Assembly: GCA_964514575.1 (NCBI GenBank)
Contig: CAZETJ010000001.1
Coordinates: forward strand, 56,014 to 120,013
Length of the DNA: 64,000 bases
From: an uncultured Candidatus Saccharibacteria bacterium
Lineage (GTDB): Bacteria > Patescibacteriota > Saccharimonadia > Saccharimonadales > UBA10212
Direction: 5' to 3'
The translations under genes and the position numbers were made by a program. The first letter of the stretch is position 1; the number at the start of each line of letters is the position of its first letter. Positions 19,981 to 30,116 of the stretch are shown here, one piece after another. The notes beneath the pieces are model-generated. The model saw nothing but the letters and a program-made list of their open reading frames with translations, had not been told where the DNA came from and made no database searches.

Positions 19981-20776
19981 TAGCTCCTCTTTTTAACTGT
20001 TCCTTTTTTAGTCTAACCATTGCGGAGGTATTGTACCAAGCCCAAAAAAGGCTTAAGGAAAAACCGAGGAGCTTGTCACGGTAGCCTTTCTTTGTAAAAA
20101 AACTTTCCCGAAAACTTCGCCATGGCGAGCTGAGAATGCCGCGATAACTGGATCGTTCGCCACGTTCGTAACGAGCCTTGCCTTCCTCTCTTAAGTAGCG
20201 ACGATGCTTGGAAACAAACTCTCTGTAATTGCTCATCCAAAAATGATGAACCAGACCTCTTTTGTGGGGCCAAGCCTGCAGCGCGTAGCCGTCTTTGAGG
20301 AATGCCGCTGTGTTGACTAACGGGCGGAAGAAAGCCCGTTTGCGATTGACCAAAAAGCGATGATGGCTGACGCCGCCCCAAATAGTGCCTTTAAGAGCAT
20401 GCGATTTAAAGTAATATTGCATCGGTACTCTAATAATGCCGACTGTTTCAGGAATGGTTCCAAATTTCTCGAGGACTTCATTTTTAAGCTCGACATCTAT
20501 GACTTCGTCCGGGTCTGTCAGTAATACCCAGTCATGCTTGAGCTTCGATAGCTCTGTGGCATAGATTATTTCAGCGTGCGGAACGCGCCTATGCCGCCTA
20601 ACAATCGCGCCCGCTTCTCTTGCTACAGTGACTGAATCATCTGATGAGCCAAGATCATAAACTACGATTTCGTCGCAGAACTGGATAGAGGACAGACAGC
20701 GAGCAAGAAGTTCTCCTTCATTCAGGCAGACAATCAATGCGGAAATCGGTAATTTGAAATCTTTTGTCATCACCAA
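19973..20776 (-). CDS. glycosyltransferase family 2-like
   Basis: ISALIVCLNEGELLARCLSS…DLGSSDDS…TDPDEV (GT-A N-terminal pattern). Confidence 0.7.
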   Translation of the reverse strand: MVMTKDFKLPISALIVCLNEGELLARCLSSIQFCDEIVVYDLGSSDDSVTVAREAGAIVRRHRRVPHAEIIYATELSKLKHDWVLLTDPDEVIDVELKNEVLEKFGTIPETVGIIRVPMQYYFKSHALKGTIWGGVSHHRFLVNRKRAFFRPLVNTAAFLKDGYALQAWPHKRGLVHHFWMSNYREFVSKHRRYLREEGKARYERGERSSYRGILSSPWRSFRESFFTKKGYRDKLLGFSLSLFWAWYNTSAMVRLKKEQLKRGANG

Positions 20777-21657
20777 AAACGTCCTCCTACAAACTTAAGC
20801 ACCAACCAGCGTACTGGAGAGGTTTTGGCATATCGAAGTGTTCGTATGTAGGGCAGCTTGCTCTGTCGTCGGTGATGCCAAACGACCTGCTTTGGGTGAT
20901 CGTGCGGAGTTTTATAGCCGGCGAATTTTTCCAGCTGTTGCAATACCAGAGGATTTTGATACTTATAGACTAAGACGCTAAGCACGGTTTGATCATGCCT
21001 AAAAAGTCGGCAATTCCTTAGCGGAGGATTATCCATATAATGTATCCCTGCGTTGCGGCTCATTTCTGATTTGGACCAGCCCAGGTTGTCACCCTCTTTA
21101 ACGGCTTCATAAACCTTGTCTATAATAGATGAATAGAATTTGCTGTGCTTGTTAAAGCCTATAATGCCTGCCGCAATCACAGGCTCATTAGCAAATTTTT
21201 TGTCTAGTTTATATTTCTCAAAAAAATCGTCAGGCGTTATATCTCTAACCAAATGGGGATGGTTTTTATCAGACTGACTGACCAGAGCGTATCCGTACTT
21301 ATCCATCAAACTGACAAATGGCTGCAGGCTTCTCAAGACTTCGACTCCGGCATCCAAATATAGAAAATTATCACCAGGAGTGTATTTCCAAATCCAGACC
21401 TTCCAGCTCCAGCACTGCTTCCAGTACTTGGTAAAAGCCGGCACGGAGCTTACCGTAACATTGGGCAGACCTTTAAGTATCCAGTGCTGTAATGGCCTCA
21501 GGCCTAGATCATAAATATATAGCTGGTACTTAATGCCGGCACTAGACTCAAGACTCCCCGCCAGATTAAGAACGCTCTTAAAATATTTGGCATCACAGGC
21601 GGTAGCTATAGCAAGGTCTTGATGTGGAATTTTTCCAAAATGTTTCGTGGCTGCCAT
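20770..21657 (-). CDS. hypothetical protein, possible GT-A-fold nucleotide-sugar transferase
   Basis: ORF within the glycan locus; an LYLDAGVEV segment resembles DxD-containing GT-A folds; otherwise unrecognised. Confidence 0.4.
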   Translation of the reverse strand: MAATKHFGKIPHQDLAIATACDAKYFKSVLNLAGSLESSAGIKYQLYIYDLGLRPLQHWILKGLPNVTVSSVPAFTKYWKQCWSWKVWIWKYTPGDNFLYLDAGVEVLRSLQPFVSLMDKYGYALVSQSDKNHPHLVRDITPDDFFEKYKLDKKFANEPVIAAGIIGFNKHSKFYSSIIDKVYEAVKEGDNLGWSKSEMSRNAGIHYMDNPPLRNCRLFRHDQTVLSVLVYKYQNPLVLQQLEKFAGYKTPHDHPKQVVWHHRRQSKLPYIRTLRYAKTSPVRWLVLKFVGGRFW

Positions 21658-21666
21658 CTTTGTCTT

Positions 21667-22647
21667 TTACCAACGCGTCAGAAACTGATAATACGAGTCT
21701 GTGTCTTTAAGCCACCGTTGATAACCGGCTTTGCTCTCGTCGTGTGCCTGTCGACCTAGCTTATGCCAGTCCAGTTTCGCGATGTCTGCCCAAGGCTGGA
21801 GATCAGACAATAGGTGAGCGTGAGATTGGCCGAAGAAGATTTTACGTGTCCGATTTCGAGCTCTACTAGCTAGTCGGCGGCTGTAAACGTTATCACACAA
21901 ATAGCCTGTTCGATTATGTTTAATATACTCATTCATTGTTGGGGCATTGTAAGCTATTACGGCCGCACCGCGTGCCATCGCCTCAATAAAAGTCATACCC
22001 ACCCCTTCCACTGATCGAGGAGCGAAGTAAATGTTTGATTCTTGAACCACTTCAAGATATTTTTGTTGATCCATCTCATGGACTGTCTCAACCATGGAGG
22101 GGCCGAGTTTATTGCCAAGTTCGTAATACATTTTTTGTGGGACTCCGGGATCAAGATCAGACCGAAAGATTAGCTTATCTGCTCCAGTTGCTATGCATAG
22201 CTTTCGCAAAAAATCTGGACCGATTAGACCCGTACGATTCCAGTAGTAGATCACCCTTTTATCCCAGGTCGCGGGTTTGAATCTTTCCGAATCTTTGAAA
22301 TAAGTAAGATGAATTGACGGCAATCCAGCCTGCCTAACCTGTTTATATAAGGCCGTGGAAAAGCAGACGACTCGTAAATGTTTGGGCAGGGCTTGCCACC
22401 AAGCCTGGCTATTCCCATGAACATTATCCCACATAGGGATCCACACGACTTTGGAGGTAGGGTCGCTTAATAAAACATCAGGTGGTGCTACTTGGCAAAA
22501 AAGCTGAGGCGTACCGGGATCGGGCTGCCATTTTTTTATGTCAACAAGCTCAACTTCCAATTTTTGTTTCAAGGAATCGACCACTAAATCATGGAACGCG
22601 CCACTCCTTGATAAGTGCCAGTCCATGCAATATGCGTTGAGTTTCAT
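21667..22647 (-). CDS. glycosyltransferase, GT-B (GT1-like) C-terminal domain
   Basis: EGVGMTFIEAMARGAAVIAYN motif. Confidence 0.6.
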   Translation of the reverse strand: MKLNAYCMDWHLSRSGAFHDLVVDSLKQKLEVELVDIKKWQPDPGTPQLFCQVAPPDVLLSDPTSKVVWIPMWDNVHGNSQAWWQALPKHLRVVCFSTALYKQVRQAGLPSIHLTYFKDSERFKPATWDKRVIYYWNRTGLIGPDFLRKLCIATGADKLIFRSDLDPGVPQKMYYELGNKLGPSMVETVHEMDQQKYLEVVQESNIYFAPRSVEGVGMTFIEAMARGAAVIAYNAPTMNEYIKHNRTGYLCDNVYSRRLASRARNRTRKIFFGQSHAHLLSDLQPWADIAKLDWHKLGRQAHDESKAGYQRWLKDTDSYYQFLTRW

Positions 22648-23819
22648 TTTGCTTTGTCCCTAGGAGTATTCATTATCTCAGAAAAGTAGGTCCTAAGCCT
22701 GTTCAAAAAAAGATCAGGAGAATGTCTCTTGAGGGCCGTAGCCCGTGCCTTTTTTGAACGCATTTTAAGCTCAGACTCCTTCAAGTTAGCAGCTTGCTTC
22801 ACGACTCGGCGAATCCTGGTAATACTAACCGGCTCGACTAAAAAACCAAAACCAGCAATATCTATGTGGGCGTCACGACTAACTACCGGTATCAAGCCTT
22901 CGTTCATGCACTCCAGCATCGAGCCGGGCTGGCCCTCGCTACACGATGGTAAAATGGCAAAGCCGCATTTATCCATCGCGTTATAAAACGCCGGAGATCT
23001 GAAAGCCCCAGGCCCGATCCAATGGATATTAGGAGCCGCCAGAGCTTCTTTATAAAATTCGAGCACACTCGGTTCGATATAAGCCATAATGTAAAGCTGT
23101 TGAGAGAGTCCCAGGAAAGCTTCGATCGTTAAGTCCAAACCTTTGTGTATTCCGCCGCCGCCTGCAAAAAACAAAAAATTATCCCTAGTTTTTAAAAAGT
23201 CCTTATGAACACTATCTGGGCGCGAATCTGGGTAGCAGGCTAGATTCAAATTGTAGACTCTAGGAAAATTACGGTAGGTTTTTCGCACATCTTTGTTGCC
23301 GAGGGCAATAATAGCCTCGGCATCTCGGTTTACCTGCTCCTCAGGGTGCGTGATGAGCCTATCATACGGAAGTTGTACGCCATGTCTTTTGGCGAAGGCT
23401 CGGAAACGGGCGCGTTCTTGGGAGTTATGATATCGCCAATAGCTGCCAGAGGAGAAATAGACAATTGCACCGCTCGACTTGACCAGGGGGGCAAGCTGCC
23501 CATAGTTAATGCCTCCGTGCTGGACCAAAAGATCATACGGTTTATCTGCCGAGAAGTTTTTATCATCCCAACTGACAATATCTACTATGTACCCGGCTTC
23601 ATTAAGGGCTCTTGGCAACGTTCTAGCAATGCCACGGTTACTAAACTCATTTTCAGCTCCGCCCGCCAAATCATCTCTGACCGGGTCGGGGAGATAGGAT
23701 AAAAGGGCTCTGCCGAGTGGCTGTTTTAGGTATCGATTGTAATTAAGTAGAGGTTGGCCTGTGGCGACTGGCGGCCTTCTTGTTCTTGGCAGCAATTTGA
23801 GTAGACTATTCTTAAACAT
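22644..23819 (-). CDS. glycosyltransferase, GT-B (GT1-like)
   Basis: SCSEGQPGSMLECMNEGLIPVVS motif; 4-nt overlap upstream. Confidence 0.6.
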   Translation of the reverse strand: MFKNSLLKLLPRTRRPPVATGQPLLNYNRYLKQPLGRALLSYLPDPVRDDLAGGAENEFSNRGIARTLPRALNEAGYIVDIVSWDDKNFSADKPYDLLVQHGGINYGQLAPLVKSSGAIVYFSSGSYWRYHNSQERARFRAFAKRHGVQLPYDRLITHPEEQVNRDAEAIIALGNKDVRKTYRNFPRVYNLNLACYPDSRPDSVHKDFLKTRDNFLFFAGGGGIHKGLDLTIEAFLGLSQQLYIMAYIEPSVLEFYKEALAAPNIHWIGPGAFRSPAFYNAMDKCGFAILPSCSEGQPGSMLECMNEGLIPVVSRDAHIDIAGFGFLVEPVSITRIRRVVKQAANLKESELKMRSKKARATALKRHSPDLFLNRLRTYFSEIMNTPRDKAK

Positions 23820-23828
23820 CGTTTTGAA

Positions 23829-24578
23829 CTAATTTTTTCTAGCAATCAGCAAATACGTACCATAGTGAGCACTCGGGTTACGACCAGCTTTGCGCGGTAG
23901 CACCTTTTTATATAGAGGCTTGTAATTCTTCAAATATTTTTCCAGATCGTCTTCGTTAACTTTAATGGGGTGCCCAATATCCTTCCAGGAATCCGGAGCT
24001 TTTTTGTAGTCTTCCTGGTTTGACAAATCCTGGCCGAGTACTAAGATGCCCCCTTTTTTTAGGACTCTGTCCATTTGGGCCATACACCTTCCGAGGTCGA
24101 ATACGTGATCAAGGACATTCACACACACGGTCAAGTCCACCAATCCTTGCTGGTAGGGCAGCTCCTCCAGGGGCGCTGAGCTTATGTGGATTCGGTAAGA
24201 CTTGTCTTTGAAAAGTGATTGCAAAAAGATTGGCTGAACGATCGGAGCCGATCGGCGAAGTACCCTAGACAGGCGCGATGAGGGCGGTACACCGGGCATG
24301 AAATCCAAATAGGACTGTATAAGGGGATCTTCCAAGTAGATTTCCTTAGCGGTAATGTGTGGCAGGATTAGCCTCAGGTTAGTATGTGGACCGCAGCCAA
24401 CCTCAAGCACCTTGGGGAACTTTTTACCTTGCAGAACCTTGTAGCCTTCAAACCTGTCTTTCCACCACCTGTTCCAGTCATCATGGGCGCCCATAATACT
24501 GTAGATTGCTTCTACCTCAAATGCCTGGGCTTTTCGCCAGCGTTCGGTAGAAACTTTTGTGACGGTGACTTTTTTCAC
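23829..24578 (-). CDS. class I SAM-dependent methyltransferase
   Basis: Motif I-like VLEVGCGPHTN and motif II (VCVNVLDHV). Confidence 0.65.
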   Translation of the reverse strand: MKKVTVTKVSTERWRKAQAFEVEAIYSIMGAHDDWNRWWKDRFEGYKVLQGKKFPKVLEVGCGPHTNLRLILPHITAKEIYLEDPLIQSYLDFMPGVPPSSRLSRVLRRSAPIVQPIFLQSLFKDKSYRIHISSAPLEELPYQQGLVDLTVCVNVLDHVFDLGRCMAQMDRVLKKGGILVLGQDLSNQEDYKKAPDSWKDIGHPIKVNEDDLEKYLKNYKPLYKKVLPRKAGRNPSAHYGTYLLIARKN

Positions 24579-26230
24579 TACTTGGCTTCTTCTTTCTGAC
24601 CCAACAAGATTACAGGCGTCAGTGATTGAGTATCCGGACCATCGGTTAAGCTTACCCTATACGGTCCATCAGGGGGACCGTTTATGTAATAGAACTTGAA
24701 CGAAAAGTTGTTCTTTTTGAGAATTGTCTTCAGTTCATCTGGGGACCACTCTCTTAAGTGCCAATAGTTTTTTGGCGTGCCATCGGCGTTGGTGTTGGCG
24801 GTGCGGCGATTGGGAGTATTAATGACGATAGCCTTTTTGGCGACTCGAGCTAGTTCGCGGAGGAATTCGTCGTATCGTTCAACATGCTCAAGTACATCTA
24901 TGCTGACTATTACGTCAAACTCATTGTCTTTAAAGGGCAGGTGATAACCATCGTAATGGAATAACTTTTTCAGCCTCGGGTTACGGCCTAAAAGGAAGTC
25001 CTCGCAGTACCTAACAGACTTCTCATCAACATCAACTCCGGCGACTTCTTTGGCCTTAATAGACATGATCGTCAGCCCATAACCCAGCCCCATGCCCACA
25101 TCCAAAACCTTATCACCTTCCGATACATATCCGTTCAAGGCTAGGTAGTATGCTTCGCGTTGCACGGGTACTTCCATCGGCGAAATTAGGGTCGAGTATT
25201 CTTTTGGGTCGGGATTAGACACTGGTTGCTCCTTGCTACTTAATTTACGCTTCGCTCTTCTAAGAATTCTTACTGCTCTTCGCAGGGTTCCTATCTTTCT
25301 CAAGGAGTCCTTGCCTTTTTGAAGAGTTGCACTTGGAGTGGACGGGGGAGGCGGTGCCTGTGCGATTTTTTCGAAAAAACTCCGAAAACCGCCCAGCACT
25401 TTATCATTCGTGGCCACATTCTCGGGGAGTTTCAGGCTATTAGCAAACTTTCTATCAGCTTCCCAGGAAAGGCTCCAGGGCGGAGGCTCGGAGCCGGCAT
25501 GGGTGCCGTCGGTGAATCCACCATTTTCGACCATATTTTTTTTAGGCCACACGAAGTATTGCTTGTTGAGTAGGACATTTAGAGCACAGTATACATCCCA
25601 GCCACCATGTAGCTTTCCGCTCTTTAGTTCTTCGACCATACCTTTCATATCCAATCCAGCCGATGTAACGTCCGGCTCCACTGATTTAAGCCTCCTCTTT
25701 AAATTATCAGTATCAAAATCTATCTTTTTCCAAACTGCTTTCCAAGTACCCCAACCCCATGAAGAAAAACGGGGTGCAAAAAAGACATCATGGGGATAGC
25801 CTTTGAAAGCCTCCTGGGGGAAAGGATAGCGTAAGCCAGTTACTCCCGCGATCGATGCATTACCCCCAAAGTGGCTCAAGCATTTGACCATGTAACTATA
25901 AAAGCCAGGAGCTACTTGAACATCGTCTTCAACCACTACTACTTTATCGTAGCTTTTGAATATGTGGTCAACCCCCTTACGGATAGATCTATCAAGACCA
26001 ATATTTTCCTTTTGCTCGACTAAACTAACCTTGGCCCAATCAATCTCCTCAATCATTTCCCGAACACGCTGAACCTTTACAACATCCCCAGCATCGTTAG
26101 CCTTTGGGCCGTCCGAAAAGACATACAAAAGTTCCACGCCACTATCTTTTAAGCAGTCGATAGTGCGCCTTAAAATTTTGTCACGGTTGTACACAAAAAG
26201 AGCGACCGGTACCCTCGTAGTAGGTTTCAT
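24578..26230 (-). CDS. bifunctional GT-A-like glycosyltransferase (N-terminal) / class I SAM-dependent methyltransferase (C-terminal) fusion
   Basis: N-terminal GT-A-like region (VALFVYNRDKILRRTIDCL…VVVEDDVQ). A Pro/Lys-rich linker (APPPPSTPS…RRAKRK) follows, then the MTase motifs VLDVGMGLGYGL…DVDEKSV…FDVIVSIDVLEHV. Confidence 0.65.
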   Translation of the reverse strand: MKPTTRVPVALFVYNRDKILRRTIDCLKDSGVELLYVFSDGPKANDAGDVVKVQRVREMIEEIDWAKVSLVEQKENIGLDRSIRKGVDHIFKSYDKVVVVEDDVQVAPGFYSYMVKCLSHFGGNASIAGVTGLRYPFPQEAFKGYPHDVFFAPRFSSWGWGTWKAVWKKIDFDTDNLKRRLKSVEPDVTSAGLDMKGMVEELKSGKLHGGWDVYCALNVLLNKQYFVWPKKNMVENGGFTDGTHAGSEPPPWSLSWEADRKFANSLKLPENVATNDKVLGGFRSFFEKIAQAPPPPSTPSATLQKGKDSLRKIGTLRRAVRILRRAKRKLSSKEQPVSNPDPKEYSTLISPMEVPVQREAYYLALNGYVSEGDKVLDVGMGLGYGLTIMSIKAKEVAGVDVDEKSVRYCEDFLLGRNPRLKKLFHYDGYHLPFKDNEFDVIVSIDVLEHVERYDEFLRELARVAKKAIVINTPNRRTANTNADGTPKNYWHLREWSPDELKTILKKNNFSFKFYYINGPPDGPYRVSLTDGPDTQSLTPVILLGQKEEAK

Positions 26231-27051
26231 AATTCTTCCAACTTACGTCTTGATGAGTAAAAATTTTGGTAATCGTCTGACGAGTCAGTAACCGGACCGG
26301 TAAATTTATTAGCACCGCTATTGTAGCGATAAGAATTGTAACCGAAGGATTTCAAGAGATCGAAGGAGTCGCGCACAGTTCCGCCGCTGCCTTTCAAGGG
26401 TATGCCGGATACCTCGAACGACAGGACATCTACCGCTCCCTTTTGCAAAAGGTCTGCTGTCCCTTGCAGAACATCTTTTTCAAAACCTTCCACATCAATC
26501 TTCAGAAAATTAATTTTGCCGATTTGGCGCTCCTTGCAAAACTTATCCAGAGAAATTGTCTTAACCTTCTCCGTGTTAATTGGTTTGACTTCTCCGAACT
26601 GTGGATGACCGAAGGAATTCCAGGCAGAATACTTCGGCTCGAAGACATTCATAGTTAAAGATCCGGGTTTGCTTGAAAGAGCCATTTGATTGGCGCTAAC
26701 ATTCTGGCAGTGGTTAAGCCCCAGGTTTTCGAGTAATCTGCAAAAAGTTTCCTGTACCGGCTCAAACGCATATACGCTTCCTTCAGAGCCGACTTGACGG
26801 CTTAAAAGAGCGCTAAAAATTCCAACATTGGCTCCTACGTCAAAAGTAGTGTCGCCTCGCTTCACTAGCTTCTGGATAGCCAAAAACTCCGGTTTGTAAA
26901 AGTCTCTCGAAATGATGTCCTTGAGCTCCTCGGCTTCCCACGGGTAGTAAACTGCACGTAAGCCCCAGGAATCAGTTACTACTATAGGTTCATCGCAATA
27001 TTTTTTATTTGAGCCCAAATGTCGTGATTGTCGAGGCAGCTTAATTTTCAT
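26227..27051 (-). CDS. FkbM-family methyltransferase
   Basis: TFDVGANVGIFSALLSRQVG… matches the Methyltransf_21/FkbM signature; 4-nt overlap. Confidence 0.75.
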   Translation of the reverse strand: MKIKLPRQSRHLGSNKKYCDEPIVVTDSWGLRAVYYPWEAEELKDIISRDFYKPEFLAIQKLVKRGDTTFDVGANVGIFSALLSRQVGSEGSVYAFEPVQETFCRLLENLGLNHCQNVSANQMALSSKPGSLTMNVFEPKYSAWNSFGHPQFGEVKPINTEKVKTISLDKFCKERQIGKINFLKIDVEGFEKDVLQGTADLLQKGAVDVLSFEVSGIPLKGSGGTVRDSFDLLKSFGYNSYRYNSGANKFTGPVTDSSDDYQNFYSSRRKLEEL

Positions 27052-27054
27052 AGA

Positions 27055-28290
27055 CTAAGCTTTGTCCTGTTGGTAGGTAAAGTCAAAATGAGCTATTGCT
27101 GAGGTAGGCGGCTGCTTCTTCGTACTGTAGAACTCCCGATTGTCAATTTCTAGAAGTGCTCCGCCTTCTACAAGATCAAATATTTCAGAATTTTGTTCGT
27201 CACTAGCCAGAAATAGATCCAGGTAGTATTCTCCGCTTGCTAAATTAACACCCTCAACGTTCAAATAGAGATCGCCTTTTTTTTCGGCTAAATTAATTTG
27301 TTGGTCCAGAACAGTATTCGTAAGATTGGCCAGAGTATCTCCCTTTTGGTCCTTAATCGCGACAGACACCTTAATGTTATCAATGCTTTTACGCGACTTA
27401 TTTAGGTACGACAACTTTAGTTTCAGTGTCCTTTTGGGGGAGAGGAGCGTTTGGCAATTAGTAAAAATCACTTTTCCGCTGCCCTGACGATCCTGTCTTT
27501 TCTCAAGTGATTGTTCGGCCGAGGCCGCGGTACTTGCGGCATACTTGCGGGCTACCTCAGAAACCGGGCCATCCGCCCTAATCGATCCTTCGTTCAACAA
27601 GATCGCCCGACTGCACAGGTTTTGTATGGCTGATATGTTATGGCTTACAAACAAGACCGTTCGTCCCTCTCTGGCCACAGAGCTCATCTTACTTAAACTC
27701 TTTTTTTGAAACGCGGCATCACCTACAGCTAAAACTTCATCAATAATTAGAATCTCTGGTTCTAAATGAGCCGCTACGGCAAAAGCTAATCGCACATACA
27801 TCCCAGACGAGTAATACTTAACAGGCGTGTCTAAGAACTTTTCAACTTCGGAGAAAGCAACAATCTCATCGAACTTAGACTGGATCTCGCGCTTCTTCAT
27901 GCCCAGGATAGCACCGTTCAGAAGGATATTTTCGCGACCAGTTAATTCGGGGTGGAAACCCGTGCCTACCTCAAGCAGGCTAGCAACTTTTCCACGGATG
28001 ATAACTTCTCCATCGGTCGGCTCGACAATCCGCGAGAGGATCTTTAGCAGGGTAGATTTACCAGAGCCATTCTTACCTATAATTCCCACCACCTCACCTT
28101 TGCTAACATTAAAACTGACATCTTTTAGTGCCCAAAACTCTTCTTTCTCTTGTGTCCTCCCGGTCACCAGACTCGAGGGTTTTTTTAGAAGAGCACCGAG
28201 GTCTTCCCGGAGAGTGCGATAATTGGTCTTTTGCAGATGGCTAATCCGATACTTCTTGGATAGGTTCTTAACTTCAATAGTCGGTTTCAT
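27055..28290 (-). CDS. wzt: polysaccharide ABC exporter ATP-binding protein (Wzt/TagH-like) with C-terminal carbohydrate-binding extension
   Basis: Walker A GIIGKNGSGKSTLLKIL, ABC signature YSSGMYVRLAFAVA and Walker B ILIIDEVLAVGD; a ~150-aa C-terminal extension as in chain-terminus-recognising Wzt proteins. Confidence 0.85.
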   Translation of the reverse strand: MKPTIEVKNLSKKYRISHLQKTNYRTLREDLGALLKKPSSLVTGRTQEKEEFWALKDVSFNVSKGEVVGIIGKNGSGKSTLLKILSRIVEPTDGEVIIRGKVASLLEVGTGFHPELTGRENILLNGAILGMKKREIQSKFDEIVAFSEVEKFLDTPVKYYSSGMYVRLAFAVAAHLEPEILIIDEVLAVGDAAFQKKSLSKMSSVAREGRTVLFVSHNISAIQNLCSRAILLNEGSIRADGPVSEVARKYAASTAASAEQSLEKRQDRQGSGKVIFTNCQTLLSPKRTLKLKLSYLNKSRKSIDNIKVSVAIKDQKGDTLANLTNTVLDQQINLAEKKGDLYLNVEGVNLASGEYYLDLFLASDEQNSEIFDLVEGGALLEIDNREFYSTKKQPPTSAIAHFDFTYQQDKA

Positions 28291-28338
28291 TGTCGTTCTA
28301 GAATCCTGGGTAAAAATTTAAGCCAAACACGGGGAATT

Positions 28339-29199
28339 CTACTTGAGTTCATACTTGCCCCTATACTCTCTAAATAGATGATCGATAGACTTGCGAGCTT
28401 CAACTGGACTCAACTCTAGAAGAAAATCAACGTTCTTATTCCACGGAAATTTTATTTCTCGATCCTTTTTGCCGGCATAGCCTTTCTGGAAAGCTGCCTC
28501 CGGTGTAAGCGATCCAAACGGATTAAGCTCAGAGGGAATCAAGAATGCATTATTGTAGTGAAGTTCAACAAGGTCATATTTGTAACGGCTTGCAAGCGTG
28601 TGCAATTGGCAGATACTTTGCCCGTAAAAGTGATCGCCTGACCACCAGTGACCAGGGATCCACTTCACTGTAAACTTTAAGGGCGGTGGGATTTTTTCGT
28701 TTATTTCGGCGCAGATTAAAGCCGGTCGAAACTCACTTAGAATTTTTGCCAAGACGAAGTAATCGTAGCTATCAATATCAAGGCTTAAAAACCCAAATTT
28801 CTTTGGAGTCCCGTGAGCCTTCAGCAGGGGAATAACATTCTCGGGTGTTATTTTGTTGCGAGATAGACGGGCGCCAGAGAATAACGCATATGACGTCGCT
28901 AACTTTGCAAACTTTTCACCGTCGAATTCAGCGGCTAGCCCTTCCCAACCTTTTTCAAACAGCGCTCTCGTATTCGACGCGCTGGTACCATCACTGGCCG
29001 CTATATCCACACAAAACTTTTGATGAGCGATCTTCCTAAGATATTTTTGGGCCACTTTATCTTCGTCAAGACCAGAATAGCTCTGAGCTCCGGGCAGAGA
29101 TTCTTGGCTGGCAGCCTTCGATCCTGAAGAGCCAAATGTCAGCCGAGAGATTTTCCCCTTACTTTTTTTGACAAATCTGGTCTTGAGTTGATGTCTCAT
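28339..29199 (-). CDS. hypothetical protein, possibly FkbM-like methyltransferase
   Basis: Weak VDIAASDGTS motif resembling the FkbM VDxGAN region; located between wzt and wzm. Confidence 0.35.
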   Translation of the reverse strand: MRHQLKTRFVKKSKGKISRLTFGSSGSKAASQESLPGAQSYSGLDEDKVAQKYLRKIAHQKFCVDIAASDGTSASNTRALFEKGWEGLAAEFDGEKFAKLATSYALFSGARLSRNKITPENVIPLLKAHGTPKKFGFLSLDIDSYDYFVLAKILSEFRPALICAEINEKIPPPLKFTVKWIPGHWWSGDHFYGQSICQLHTLASRYKYDLVELHYNNAFLIPSELNPFGSLTPEAAFQKGYAGKKDREIKFPWNKNVDFLLELSPVEARKSIDHLFREYRGKYELK

Positions 29200-29210
29200 A
29201 AGTTTCCTTT

Positions 29211-30041
29211 TTATATGATGTCCGCAAACTGTCTTTCGGTGCGCTTAAAATATGTAATGCCGATTACCAAAATGACAGATGCGGACAAAGTCGAAATACC
29301 CAACTGAGCCCAGTTGATTATGCCTTGGTGTAGAAGGCCTGCGCGCATTGTATTAATCACGCTCGATACCGGATTCAAGCTGAGCAGCCACTGGTATTTA
29401 TGTGCTATGAGACTCACGGGATAAATCACTGGTGTTAAAAAGAGACCGATTTGAATGATGAAGGGCACAATCGAGCGAACATCTCTGTATTTAACATTTA
29501 AAGATCCAAAAAGTATGCCAGCTCCCAGGGCGGTAATAAGGCAAAGTAGTAACATCGGGATAACCAACAAAAGACCCTCTAGTCCGGGAGCTATGTGGTA
29601 GTAGAAGGCTATGCCAGCATAAACAATCGAGGCAAAGAAAAAGTCCACCAAGCCAAGCAATGTCGCCGACATCGGAATAATAATTCGGGGGAAGTAAATT
29701 TTGGTTATAACGCCTTGATTGCCTACAAGGCTATTGCTAATCTGGCCGAAGGCCGAAGCAAAGTAGTTCCAAAAGAGTAGCCCGGTGTAAGAAAAAATAG
29801 CATAGGGCACTGCGCCGGACTTTATGCCCGCTACATGGTTAAAGAATAGGGTGAATATCACCATCGTAGTGAAGGGCTGAATTATAGCCCAGGAAGCACC
29901 TAGTAGAGTTTGTTTATATCGTACCTTTACGTCGCGCCAGGTGAAGTAATAAAAAAGTTCGCGATAATTCCATAACTCTCTCCAGTTTATACGCGCCCTT
30001 TTTTTAGGTTGAATTAGTATTTCCATAAAAACGGGTCCCAA
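29211..30041 (-). CDS. wzm: polysaccharide ABC exporter permease (ABC-2 type, Wzm-like)
   Basis: N-terminus ELWNYRELFYYFTWRDVKVRYKQTLLGASWAIIQP is typical of Wzm/TagG; 6 TM helices. Confidence 0.8.
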   Translation of the reverse strand: MGPVFMEILIQPKKRARINWRELWNYRELFYYFTWRDVKVRYKQTLLGASWAIIQPFTTMVIFTLFFNHVAGIKSGAVPYAIFSYTGLLFWNYFASAFGQISNSLVGNQGVITKIYFPRIIIPMSATLLGLVDFFFASIVYAGIAFYYHIAPGLEGLLLVIPMLLLCLITALGAGILFGSLNVKYRDVRSIVPFIIQIGLFLTPVIYPVSLIAHKYQWLLSLNPVSSVINTMRAGLLHQGIINWAQLGISTLSASVILVIGITYFKRTERQFADII

Positions 30042-30116
30042 GCATCTACACCCGGGCCCCCATGAGTATAACAGATGGAAAGGGGCTTTGCGAGGTGTGC
30101 CGGGGTACTATAATAT

